DNA from: Obrimoposthia wandeli | Lineage: Eukaryota | NCBI GenBank assembly: GCA_977020255.1 | Contig: CDROCS010006357.1 | Coordinates: 124,001 to 188,000 of the forward strand | Direction: 5' to 3' | DNA: 64,000 bases | Shown: positions 14,002 through 25,251 of the stretch, in pieces | Layout of the letters: each line of letters opens with the position of its first letter | Position numbering within the stretch: position 1 is the stretch's first letter | The notes under the pieces: model-generated | Databases searched by the model: none | What the model was told of the DNA's origin: nothing | The model's input: the letters and a program-made list of their open reading frames with translations, nothing else | Translations under genes and position numbers: made by a program

Positions 14002-14259
14002 GGCCACGCTGTCTCCACCCGAGACTCAGTGAAATTGAAATCGCAGTGAAGATGCTGTGTACCCGCGGCTAGACGGAAAGACCCCGTGAACCTTTACTAC
14101 AGCTTGGCACTGAACATTGACCCTACATGTGTAGGATAGGTGGGAGACTATGAAATACGGGCGCTAGTTCGTATGGAGTCGTCCTTGAAATACCACCCTT
14201 GTATGCTTGATGTTCTAACGTTGGCCCCTTATCGGGGTTGCGGACAGTGCCTGGTGGGT

Positions 14260-14302
<43 letters not shown>

Positions 14303-14423
14303 ACGAAGGTGGGCTAATCACGGTCGGACATCGTGAGGTTAGTGCAATGGCATAAGCCCGCTTGACTGCGAGAATGACAATTCGAGCAGGTGCGAAAGCA
14401 GGTCATAGTGATCCGGTGGTTCT

Positions 14424-14479
<56 letters not shown>

Positions 14480-14508
14480 ACCGCCCAAGAGTTCATATCG
14501 ACGGCGGT

Positions 14509-14551
<43 letters not shown>

Positions 14552-14553
14552 TC

Positions 14554-14586
<33 letters not shown>

Positions 14587-14755
14587 TGGTACGCGAGCTG
14601 GGTTTAGAACGTCGTGAGACAGTTCGGTCCCTATCTGCCGTGGGCGTTGGATGATTGAAGGGGGCTGCTCCTAGTACGAGAGGACCGGAGTGGACGAACC
14701 TCTGGTGTTCGGGTTGTTACGCCAGTAGCATTGCCCGGTAGCTAAGTTCGGAATC

Positions 14756-14786
<31 letters not shown>

Positions 14787-14923
14787 GAGCCCTGAGATGA
14801 GTCATCCCTGATACTATAAGTATCCTAAAGGGTTGTTGAAGACTACGACGTTGATAGGCAGGGTGTGTAAGTGCTGCGAGGCATTGAGCTAACCTGTACT
14901 AATTGCCCGTGAGGCTTAACCAT
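12021..14923 (+). rRNA. rrl: 23S rRNA (operon 1)
   Basis: ggttaagtgactaagcg ... gaggcttaaccat. Confidence 0.98.
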
Positions 14924-15059
14924 ACAACACCCAAGGGGTTTTTTACGGACTCCACGAACACTTGAATGGTGTTTGAGAACGCATTGTTTGTTATCGAAAG
15001 ATAGACTAGTTAGATTTTCCAAGATTGCTATTGCCAGCATTGCTGACAATAAAAGAATT

Positions 15060-15177
15060 TGTCTGGCGACCATAGCGCTGTGGCTCCACCTGATCCCATG
15101 CCGAACTCAGAAGTGAAACGCAGTTGCGCCGATGGTAGTGTGGGGTCTCCCCATGTGAGAGTAGGGCATCGCCAGGC
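15060..15177 (+). rRNA. rrf: 5S rRNA (operon 1)
   Basis: tgtctggcgaccatagc ... catcgccaggc. Confidence 0.97.
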
Positions 15178-15188
15178 GCCCAATTTGA

Positions 15189-15218
15189 GAGCCCGTTGGC
15201 AACAACGGGCTTTTATTT
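15189..15218 (+). terminator. Terminator of rRNA operon 1
   Basis: agcccgttg-gcaa-caacgggct-tttattt. Confidence 0.85.
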
Positions 15219-15302
15219 CGCTCCAATTGATTGCAATGTGAGCGGCGTCAACAGAAGGTTTTTATTTTTTAATCAGTTGATTAAAAAGATGAAAATTTTG
15301 TC

Positions 15303-15330
15303 TTGACTGAATATCAGAAAAGCGTATTAT
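15303..15330 (+). promoter_or_regulatory. rRNA operon 2 promoter (TTGACT-16-TATTAT)
   Basis: Same hexamers as E. coli rrnB P2, GC-rich discriminator, AT-rich UP region; boxA at 15380-15391. Confidence 0.8.
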
Positions 15331-15573
15331 ACGCAGCCTGACTTGCTGAAGCGTTTAACGCCAAGGCATTGAAAGTCAACGTTCTTTAACAATTTGACCA
15401 TGCAATCTGTGTGGGCACTCGTGAAATTTTAAGTCGAAAGATTTATCAATGAACTGAGTGACCTTAATCATCGCAAGATGACACAGTCAATTTATGCTTC
15501 ATTCTTCGCAAGAAGATGAAACAAGAATATCAGTAAAAATCATTGAGCCGATTCGAAAGAATCAACAGAACTT

Positions 15574-15815
15574 TAATTGAAGAGTTTGATCATGGCTCAG
15601 ATTGAACGCTGGCGGCAGGCCTAACACATGCAAGTCGAGCGGTAACAGAAAGAAAGCTTGCTTTCTTTGCTGACGAGCGGCGGACGGGTGAGTAATGCCT
15701 GGGAATATGCCTTAGTGTGGGGATAACTATTGGAAACGATAGCTAATACCGCATAACGTCTTCGGACCAAAGAGGGGGACCTTCGGGCCTCTCGCGCTAA
15801 GATTAGCCCAGGTGG

Positions 15816-15851
<36 letters not shown>

Positions 15852-15860
15852 AACGATCCC

Positions 15861-15943
<83 letters not shown>

Positions 15944-16071
15944 CACAATGGGGGAAACCCTGATGCAGCCATGCCGCGTGTATGAAGAAGGCCTTCGGGT
16001 TGTAAAGTACTTTCAGTCGTGAGGAAGGGTGTGTAGTTAATAGCTGCATGCCTTGACGTTAGCGACAGAAG

Positions 16072-16119
<48 letters not shown>

Positions 16120-16335
16120 GAGCGTTAATCGGAATTACTGGGCGTAAAGCGCATGCAGGCGGTCTGTTAAGCAAGATGTGAAAGCCCGGGGCTCAACCTC
16201 GGAACCGCATTTTGAACTGGCAGACTAGAGTCTTGTAGAGGGGGGTAGAATTTCAGGTGTAGCGGTGAAATGCGTAGAGATCTGAAGGAATACCGGTGGC
16301 GAAGGCGGCCCCCTGGACAAAGACTGACGCTCAGA

Positions 16336-16395
<60 letters not shown>

Positions 16396-16490
16396 TCTAC
16401 TTGAAGGTTGTGGCCTTGAGCCGTGGCTTTCGGAGCTAACGCGTTAAGTAGACCGCCTGGGGAGTACGGTCGCAAGATTAAAACTCAAAT

Positions 16491-16561
<71 letters not shown>

Positions 16562-16617
16562 CTCTTGACATCCAGAGAATTCGCTAGAGATAGCTTAGTG
16601 CCTTCGGGAACTCTGAG

Positions 16618-16649
<32 letters not shown>

Positions 16650-16655
16650 TGTGAA

Positions 16656-16690
<35 letters not shown>

Positions 16691-16731
16691 ATCCTTAGTT
16701 GCCAGCACGTAATGGTGGGAACTCCAGGGAG

Positions 16732-16784
<53 letters not shown>

Positions 16785-16942
16785 CTTACGAGTAGGGCTA
16801 CACACGTGCTACAATGGCGTATACAGAGGGCTGCCAACCAGCGATGGTGAGCGAATCCCACAAAGTACGTCGTAGTCCGGATCGGAGTCTGCAACTCGAC
16901 TCCGTGAAGTCGGAATCGCTAGTAATCGTGAATCAGAATGTC

Positions 16943-16996
<54 letters not shown>

Positions 16997-17117
16997 GGCT
17001 GCACCAGAAGTAGATAGCTTAACCTTCGGGAGGGCGTTTACCACGGTGTGGTTCATGACTGGGGTGAAGTCGTAACAAGGTAGCCCTAGGGGAACCTGGG
17101 GCTGGATCACCTCCTTA
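15574..17117 (+). rRNA. rrs: 16S rRNA (operon 2)
   Basis: Near-identical copy of 10163-11704. Confidence 0.99.
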
Positions 17118-17430
17118 CCTAAAGATTTATTGTTTGATGCAGTGTCCACACAGATTGCTTGGTCGAAATGTAAAAGAAATAGCGAAAGCGCTAATGAATA
17201 ACGCCAGTTATTGATTAACGCTTTTTGCGTTATGCTCTTTAACAATCTGGAAAGCTGACTAGTAAATTGAATCTACGGATTCAATTACAAATGTTTTTAT
17301 CGAATGATAAAAACGAGTTCTCAAAACAAACACACATTCAAGTGTCTTGTGTAAGAGTCCGGCGAAAACAAACCTCTCTTTTTAGAGAGAAACCTTGGTT
17401 GTTGCCATACGAAACCTCTTGGGGTTGTAT

Positions 17431-18389
17431 GGTTAAGTGACTAAGCGTACACGGTGGATGCCTTGGCAGTCAGAGGCGATGAAGGACGTATTAACTTGCG
17501 ATAAGCGTAGATTAGGCAGTAAAAGCCACTTGAGTCTACGATTTCGAATGGGAAACCCACGTGCATAAGCACGTATCGTTACGTGAATACATAGCGTAAC
17601 GAGGCGAACCGGGGGAACTGAAACATCTAAGTACCCCGAGGAAGAGAAATCAATTGAGATTCCGGCAGTAGCGGCGAGCGAACCCGGATTAGCCCTTAAG
17701 CAGCATTAGCGTTAGGTGAAGGTACTGGAAAGTACAGCGATACAGGGTGATAGCCCCGTAACCGACAACGCTTTTACTGTGAAATCGAGTAGGACGGGAC
17801 ACGTGATATCCTGTTTGAACATGGGGGGACCATCCTCCAAGGCTAAATACTCCTGACTGACCGATAGTGAACCAGTACCGTGAGGGAAAGGCGAAAAGAA
17901 CCCCTGTGAGGGGAGTGAAATAGAACCTGAAACCGTGTACGTACAAGCAGTAGGAGCCCACTTGTTGGGTGACTGCGTACCTTTTGTATAATGGGTCAGC
18001 GACTTAATTTTAGTAGCAAGGTTAACCGTTTAGGGGAGCCGTAGGGAAACCGAGTCTTAACTGGGCGTACAGTTGCTAGGATTAGACCCGAAACCAAGTG
18101 ATCTAGCCATGGGCAGGTTGAAGGTGAGGTAACACTTACTGGAGGACCGAACCGACTAATGTTGAAAAATTAGCGGATGACTTGTGGCTAGGGGTGAAAG
18201 GCCAATCAAACTTGGAGATAGCTGGTTCTCCCCGAAAGCTATTTAGGTAGCGCCTCGGACGAATACTACTGGGGGTAGAGCACTGTTAAGGCTAGGGGGT
18301 CATCCCGACTTACCAACCCTTTGCAAACTCCGAATACCAGTAAGTACTATCCGGGAGACACACGGCGGGTGCTAACGTCCGTCGTGAAG

Positions 18390-18422
<33 letters not shown>

Positions 18423-18469
18423 AAAGTTATAGCTAAGTGGGAAACGATGTGGAAAGGCTCAGACAGCCA

Positions 18470-18501
<32 letters not shown>

Positions 18502-19310
18502 GAAAGCGTAATAGCTCACTGGTCGAGTCGGTCTGCGCGGAAGATTTAACGGGGCTAAGCTATACACCGAAGCTGCGGCAATATAACTTGTTATATTGGG
18601 TAGGGGAGCGTTCTGTAAGCCGTTGAAGGTCAATCGTAAGGTTGGCTGGAGGTATCAGAAGTGCGAATGCTGACATGAGTAACGATAAAGGGAGTGAAAA
18701 ACTCCCTCGCCGGAAGATCAAGGGTTCCTGTCCAACGTTAATCGGGGCAGGGTAAGTCGACCCCTAAGGCGAGGCCGAAAGGCGTAGTCGATGGGAAACG
18801 GGTTAATATTCCCGTACTGCTTATAACTGCGATGGGGGGACGGAGAAGGCTAGGTGGGCTTGGCGACGGTTGTCCAAGTTCAAAGGCGTAGGCTGTATTC
18901 TTAGGCAAATCCGGGAATACCTCTTTAAGTAGAGAAGGCTGAGACCTGATGTCGAGTCACTACGGTGATGAAGCCATTGATGCCATGCTTCCGGGAAAAG
19001 CCTCTAAGCATAGGTTATAAGTAATCGTACTCCAAACCGACACAGGTGATCAGGTAGAGAATACCAAGGCGCTTGAGAGAACTCGGGTGAAGGAACTAGG
19101 CAAAATGGTACCGTAACTTCGGGAGAAGGTACGCTCCTGGCGGTGATGAGACTTGCTCTCTAAGCTGCTGGGAGTCGCAGATACCAGGTGGCTGCAACTG
19201 TTTATTAAAAACACAGCACTGTGCAAAATCGAAAGATGACGTATACGGTGTGACGCCTGCCCGGTGCCGGAAGGTTAATTGATGGGGTTAGACGCAAGTC
19301 GAAGCTCTTG

Positions 19311-19408
<98 letters not shown>

Positions 19409-19666
19409 GGCCACGCTGTCTCCACCCGAGACTCAGTGAAATTGAAATCGCAGTGAAGATGCTGTGTACCCGCGGCTAGACGGAAAGACCCCGTGAACCT
19501 TTACTACAGCTTGGCACTGAACATTGACCCTACATGTGTAGGATAGGTGGGAGACTATGAAATACGGGCGCTAGTTCGTATGGAGTCGTCCTTGAAATAC
19601 CACCCTTGTATGCTTGATGTTCTAACGTTGGCCCCTTATCGGGGTTGCGGACAGTGCCTGGTGGGT

Positions 19667-19709
<43 letters not shown>

Positions 19710-19830
19710 ACGAAGGTGGGCTAATCACGGTCGGACATCGTGAGGTTAGTGCAATGGCATAAGCCCGCTTGACTGCGAGAATGACAATTCGAGCAGGTGC
19801 GAAAGCAGGTCATAGTGATCCGGTGGTTCT

Positions 19831-19886
<56 letters not shown>

Positions 19887-19915
19887 ACCGCCCAAGAGTT
19901 CATATCGACGGCGGT

Positions 19916-19958
<43 letters not shown>

Positions 19959-19960
19959 TC

Positions 19961-19993
<33 letters not shown>

Positions 19994-20162
19994 TGGTACG
20001 CGAGCTGGGTTTAGAACGTCGTGAGACAGTTCGGTCCCTATCTGCCGTGGGCGTTGGATGATTGAAGAGGGCTGCTCCTAGTACGAGAGGACCGGAGTGG
20101 ACGAACCTCTGGTGTTCGGGTTGTTACGCCAGTAGCATTGCCCGGTAGCTAAGTTCGGAATC

Positions 20163-20193
<31 letters not shown>

Positions 20194-20330
20194 GAGCCCT
20201 GAGATGAGTCATCCCTGATACTATAAGTATCCTAAAGGGTTGTTGAAGACTACGACGTTGATAGGCAGGGTGTGTAAGTGCTGCGAGGCATTGAGCTAAC
20301 CTGTACTAATTGCCCGTGAGGCTTAACCAT
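17431..20330 (+). rRNA. rrl: 23S rRNA (operon 2)
   Basis: Near-identical copy of 12021-14923. Confidence 0.98.
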
Positions 20331-20466
20331 ACAACACCCAAGGGGTTTTTTACGGACTCCACGAACACTTGAATGGTGTTTGAGAACGCATTGTTTGTTA
20401 TCGAAAGATAGACTAGTTAGATTTTCCAAGATTGCTATTGCCAGCATTGCTGACAATAAAAGAATT

Positions 20467-20584
20467 TGTCTGGCGACCATAGCGCTGTGGCTCCACCTGA
20501 TCCCATGCCGAACTCAGAAGTGAAACGCAGTTGCGCCGATGGTAGTGTGGGGTCTCCCCATGTGAGAGTAGGGCATCGCCAGGC
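20467..20584 (+). rRNA. rrf: 5S rRNA (operon 2)
   Basis: Copy of 15060-15177. Confidence 0.97.
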
Positions 20585-20594
20585 GTCCAATTTT

Positions 20595-20623
20595 AAAAGG
20601 CCATCCGAAAGGATGGCCTTTTT
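20595..20623 (+). terminator. Terminator of rRNA operon 2
   Basis: aaaaggccatcc-gaaa-ggatggccttttt. Confidence 0.88.
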
Positions 20624-20650
20624 CCGTATATATATAAAATTTTTTATTGT

Positions 20651-21483
20651 CACACCATTCTAGCTAATCCAGCTTCTCGTGCACATCTTTGTTGATCTTT
20701 TCGTGTTACTGAAAAAGCAGTGCCAAAAACTGCAAATCTTATCAATAATTTCAAAAAACTTGATTTGCTAAATGGTGCTGCTTCATCCAACTCTGGTGAA
20801 TATGGAGAGAATTTTACGATGCTGACATTAGGATGGCTATAAACAGTGTCTCGCACTATCCGCATGCCTGCCTTTTCTGTTGCAGTTGATGATTTGCTCT
20901 CCAGTACCAGGATTATGGAAAATAAACCCAAAGATATACACATGCTCAAATTGCTGCTGTTTTATGAAGCTAGGACGCGTTTCTGTCTTTCCCCAACCAC
21001 TTATTATTGTGTTCTGTTGATCGAATTCTGCTTCATCTTGAAACCAAACATCAACACTCTCAAGCCCTATGTGACCAGGGATCTTAAGGATCGTTTCTAT
21101 TTTAAATTTTTTAAAATCTTCTTGAATTTTATCGCACTGCTTAGGGTGCTTTTAGCGAGAGGTTATCCATGAAAAGCCCATTTTTTTGAGCAATATATAG
21201 ATGTAGTCTGGGTGGTATGCTTTGCTTTGCCAAATGTCTGCGTGATGTAGTCATGAATATCATGACCCGTGAGTCTGCCACCATCAGGTTTAGCCGCGTT
21301 CTCTTCAAGAAAAACCTGAATCCATTTGTTTACACTAACGCGGCTAACCTTTAAGAACTTAGCTATTTTAGTTCGACTTTTCCCATCAGTAATGTGATAG
21401 ATAGAGAGCAAGCTTAGTCTCTATTTAATATTGTTTTTAGATTGGCAATGCTTGAAGAGATTGTTTATATGAAATTGGTTGTG
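20651..21483 (-). pseudogene. Decayed IS630-family transposase / IS relic
   Basis: Manual minus-strand translation gives fragments DGKSRTKIAKFLKVSRVSVNKW, GGRLTGHDIH, MGFSWITSR*KHPKQ, KFKIETILKIPGHIGLESVDVWFQDEA, TEKGRHA, SPYSPEL, MCTRSW; stops, frameshifts and deletions; degenerate end repeats cac(a)acca(a)tt. Confidence 0.85.
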
Positions 21484-21512
21484 AGAAGGGATAAGTTTGA
21501 GGGGTTTTAATG

Positions 21513-21540
21513 AAGCCTGCAGCTGATAGCTGCAGGCTTT
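21513..21540. terminator. Hairpin downstream of yjiH-like gene
   Basis: aagcctgcagct-gat-agctgcaggctt; weak U tract. Confidence 0.55.
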
Positions 21541-21544
21541 GATC

Positions 21545-22909
21545 TTAGAAGATAATATGTGCCATTATTGCGATGACGGGTAAGGTCACTAGTGTGCGTA
21601 GAATGAAGATAACGAACAGTTCCCATACTTTGACGGGTACTTTACTGCCGATTAACAGCGCACCAATTTCAGACATGTAGATAAGTTGTGTTACCGACAT
21701 TGCTGCAATAACAAAACGAGTCAGATCACTTTCGATGCCTGAAGCTAGAATCGAGGGTAAGAACATATCCGCAAAACCGACAACGATTGTTTTAGAGGCT
21801 TCAGTGGCTTCTGGTATTTGTAGTAACTCTAGGAAAGGAATAAATGGCATTCCTAGGTAGTCAAAAAGTGGTGTATTTTCAGCAATCACTAACGCTACTG
21901 TACCTATTGCCATTACGACTGGCAGTACGCCGAAAACCATATCAACAGCATTCTTTAGACCATCAAGCGCGATTGCTCGAAAGCTTTTTACTTCGCGAGC
22001 TTTATTTAAGGCTTGCTCTATACCGTATGAAAATATGCTGTGTCCAGCTGGTACTGCTTCATTGTCTGTCGATATTTTTGAACCATCGATGTATGTATTC
22101 TTTTTATTCGATAGTGGTGGCAAACGTGGAACGATTATCGCGGCTACAAAACCAGCTAAACAAACTGTTAAGTAAAATGGAGCAAACATATGCTCCAAGT
22201 TAACTTGTGCGATAACCACTAAGCTAAAGGTAATAGAAACTGCTGAGAACGTTGTACCAATGACGGCAGCTTCACGCTGAGTATATAGACCGGTTTCATA
22301 CTGCTTACTTGTAAGAAGTACACCAACACTGCCATCACCTAGCCATGATGCAATACAGTTAACAGATGAACGACCGGGCAAGCCGAAGATTGGGCGCATT
22401 ATTTTCGTAAATAAGGTGCCGAAAAATTCAAGTAGACCAAAATTAAGTAATAGTGGTAGTAACATCCCTGCAAAAATAAACACCGAGAACAATACTGGTA
22501 GTAAGTCATTGAGTACCAGTCCACCAGTATCACCGCCATGTATCGCTTCAGGACCTATATTTAGGTAAGTCATTACTGCAAAAATAGCGCCTAGTTGCTG
22601 CACTAAAAACCATGCCATAGTTGGATTTAGTAGACCATTTAGGAAGCTATTATTTAAAATGAATTTAGGTTTAACTACTTTTGTTATTAATGAAATAACA
22701 GCAGTAAAGCTAATAATAAAGGTTACGATAGCCGTTAATTTATCATCAAATAGTGTTTGAATTGATTTGGCTAAAATCGCGATCGGAATGGTAATTGTGC
22801 CCTGATAATCGACGGGCGCCATAAAAAGAAAAACACCTAATAGAGAGGGAAGGAGGAACATAAGCCAATTGGCCGTTGTAATTGGCTTTGCTTGTACCTG
22901 ATCCTGCAT
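21545..22909 (-). CDS. YjiH-family membrane protein (nucleoside-recognition gate domain transporter)
   Basis: Multi-TM; LPGRS..ASWLGDGSVG, FSAVSITF, GFADMFLP, QLIYMSE motifs. Confidence 0.88.
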   Translation of the reverse strand: MQDQVQAKPITTANWLMFLLPSLLGVFLFMAPVDYQGTITIPIAILAKSIQTLFDDKLTAIVTFIISFTAVISLITKVVKPKFILNNSFLNGLLNPTMAWFLVQQLGAIFAVMTYLNIGPEAIHGGDTGGLVLNDLLPVLFSVFIFAGMLLPLLLNFGLLEFFGTLFTKIMRPIFGLPGRSSVNCIASWLGDGSVGVLLTSKQYETGLYTQREAAVIGTTFSAVSITFSLVVIAQVNLEHMFAPFYLTVCLAGFVAAIIVPRLPPLSNKKNTYIDGSKISTDNEAVPAGHSIFSYGIEQALNKAREVKSFRAIALDGLKNAVDMVFGVLPVVMAIGTVALVIAENTPLFDYLGMPFIPFLELLQIPEATEASKTIVVGFADMFLPSILASGIESDLTRFVIAAMSVTQLIYMSEIGALLIGSKVPVKVWELFVIFILRTLVTLPVIAIMAHIIF

Positions 22910-23179
22910 GATTAACCTTTATCTTATAAATTCATTAGTGTGAATGACTACTTTTTGTCCTTGAAGAATAACTATTCACTGATCATCCATAATCAGGAGG
23001 AAGAAGGTTACATTTTTTACGGCTATTTGGGAATGCTGTGAGTGTATAATTGTGTATTTATGCACTATTTGTAATGTTTTTATTCTTTGCATGAGAGCTG
23101 TAAAGGTAAAATCAATAAGTTATAAAAAAGCATATGGCTTTTAATTATTGGCTATCGAGTTCTATTTTTTCCTGATAAT

Positions 23180-23207
23180 AAAAAAGGAGGCTAATTAGCC
23201 TCCTTTT
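23180..23207. terminator. Bidirectional terminator; former gor terminator and intron target hairpin
   Basis: Perfect palindrome aaaaggaggctaattagcctcctttt directly 5' of the intron. Confidence 0.8.
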
Positions 23208-23211
23208 ATGT

Positions 23212-25239
23212 GTTTGCTCGGCGAAGCCAGCAAACCCGTCTGCTTGAAAGAAAGCAGAATCACCCAGACTGAGGGGAAGATAATCCGAATGGCAAGGGCG
23301 TCATTGGCCAACGATGAGGTCTGAAGGAAGCCATAGGAAGTTAGAGGTACATAACGCAAGTGAACCCATATGTGGCGGGATTGGTGGGTAAGTGTCCGCA
23401 ATAGCACGAAGCCCGATACTCAGACAAACCAATCACGTGAAAGGGATGGGATCTCTAACAGGGACTGGTGCAGTAACCGAGGAAGCCTGGCATCAACTCC
23501 AGCATAAGGCTGGAAGCATAAGCACAAGAAGTGATTCAAGGCTTATGTTGGTGTGAGGTGGCAGATGAACCCGTAGTAGTGAGTAAAGTTCAGCCAGTGA
23601 AACCCAGTAATGGTGTGGAGGATAAAACTGAACTGACCAGCAGCAACGTGTTTGCTGGAGCTAACATATGCCAAAAGCTATAAGCTGCCGATTAGGCGGG
23701 GCATCCTCCCAATGGCAAAGAGTGAAATCGGCGCGATGGCTAGGAGCTGCACACAGGGAGTAGTCATTCCTACTCATTGGAGGCAAGAAGGCGGGTTGGG
23801 CAGATTGCGAAATGCTAGAACACCTAACTGCGGTGACGAAACAAACCGAACTGACTTGGAAATAGCGAATGGACAGTGATGTGAGACAGTAACCGTGCGA
23901 ATATATTACAGCCTGTATGGACGCCTGCTTTCAATGCAAGCGCTCTATGAGGGATTCAGAAAAGTGTGGAAAAACAAAGGCGCTCCCGGCGTAGACGGGC
24001 AGTGCGTGGAAGATTTTGCGCAAGATCTGGAAAGTAACCTCAAACAGTTACTGCTTGAACTGCAAGAAAAGCGGTATCAACCGCAACCCGTTAAGCGCGT
24101 CGAGATCCCAAAAGATGACGGCGGCATACGTTTATTGGGGATCCCCGCAGTTCGAGACCGAATAGTTCAACAATGTCTATCGACCATCATGACCCCCATC
24201 TTCGATCCCGACTTTCATCCATCAAGTTATGGTTATCGTCCGGGTAGGAGTTGTCATCAGGCCCATCAGTAAAGCCACGATGTTTATACGCCAGTATGGG
24301 CGTCGACATGTGGTGGATATGGATCTGTCCAAATGCTTTGATATGCTCGATCATGACCTGATCATCGAATCAGTCAGACGACGAATCACAGATGGCAGTA
24401 TTCTAAGCGCTGATAGCATTTTTGAAAAGTGGATCATGATAGATGATGGTTGGCAGAAAAGTGAGCTTGGAAGTCCACAAGGTGGGGTGTTCAGTCCACT
24501 GCTTGCCAATATTTATCTTGATGCCTTTGATCAGGACATGAAGCAGCGAAATCACCGAATAGTGCGCTACGCTGACGATATTCTGATCTTGTGCTGCACG
24601 CAAGCTGCCGCCGAGCATGCGAGAAAAGTCGCCAGTCATATCTTGGAAAAGCAACTGAAGCTAACAGTGAATGAACGCAAAACTCATATCGCCCACAGTG
24701 ACGAAGGGGTTAAATTTCTTGGCGTCGTGATAGGTCTACACGGATACAAGAAAAGAAGTTCAACCACTTTAAAGCCAAAGTAAAGCGGCTCACCCGACGA
24801 AACAGTGGAAAGAACTTAGCCATGGTGCTTAAAGAACTGAATCCTGTTCTGAGAGGAACCGTCAACTACTTTAAGATAGCGAATATAAGCCGAAAGCTAA
24901 CCCAATTGGCGGGATGGATAAGGCGTAGACTGAGGCGTTTACAATTAAAGCTGTGGAAGAAGCCGATGAAACTGCATCGGAGATTGAAACAGCTTGGTTA
25001 TAAGCCGCCATTCAAGTTTATGACGATGGACTCATGGAAAAATGCCGCGAGTCCCTTATCCCACTATGCCATGCCGAATCAATGGTTCAAGGAAGTTGGC
25101 TTATATGCGATAGACGAAGTGAAAACAGGGATCTTGCTCCCTGTAAGATAGGGAATAGAAGACTATAGGAGCCGTATACGAGGTCCGTACGTACGGTTCT
25201 GTGAGAGGGATGAGGCGGTAACGCCTCACCCTACTCGAT
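23212..25239 (+). mobile_element. Group II intron (class C-like RT, no endonuclease domain)
   Basis: Domain V gagccgtatacgaggtccgtacgtacggttc (25169-25199); domain VI with bulged A at 25233, 7 nt from the ...cgAT end; RT ORF; 5' end inferred at gtttgctcggc (23212) or 23210. Confidence 0.9.
23895..25151 (+). pseudogene. ltrA: Intron-encoded reverse transcriptase/maturase, split by indels into 3 ORFs
   Basis: APGVDG, RLLGIPAVRDR, SYGYRPGRS, DLSKCFD, PQGG..SPLLANIYL, YADD, VKFLG, domain X NYF..GWIRRRLR; breaks near 24262, 24405-24432 and 24735. Confidence 0.85.
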
Positions 25240-25251
25240 GTTACTTATTAT

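Larger units (their letters stand above)
9970..20585 (+). repeat. Direct tandem repeat of a ~5.2 kb rrn unit (9970-15178 and 15381-20585)
   Basis: Identical leaders from boxA onward, offset ~5410 bp, unique ~200 bp terminator/promoter linker. Confidence 0.95.

Noticed and set aside
10412-20653. Many ORF-track entries inside 16S/23S/5S genes
   Set aside because: Spurious frames within rRNA, duplicated identically in both operons
20846-21172. 108-aa plus-strand ORF
   Set aside because: Antisense to the IS630 relic
23040-23070. Possible ARG box upstream of yjiH (tgcataaatacaca on the minus strand)
   Set aside because: Single degenerate match in very AT-rich sequence; no clear tandem partner
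23195-23879. ORFs 23195-23407 (-) and 23652-23879 (+)
   Set aside because: They lie within the structured intron RNA (DI-DIV); no coding signature
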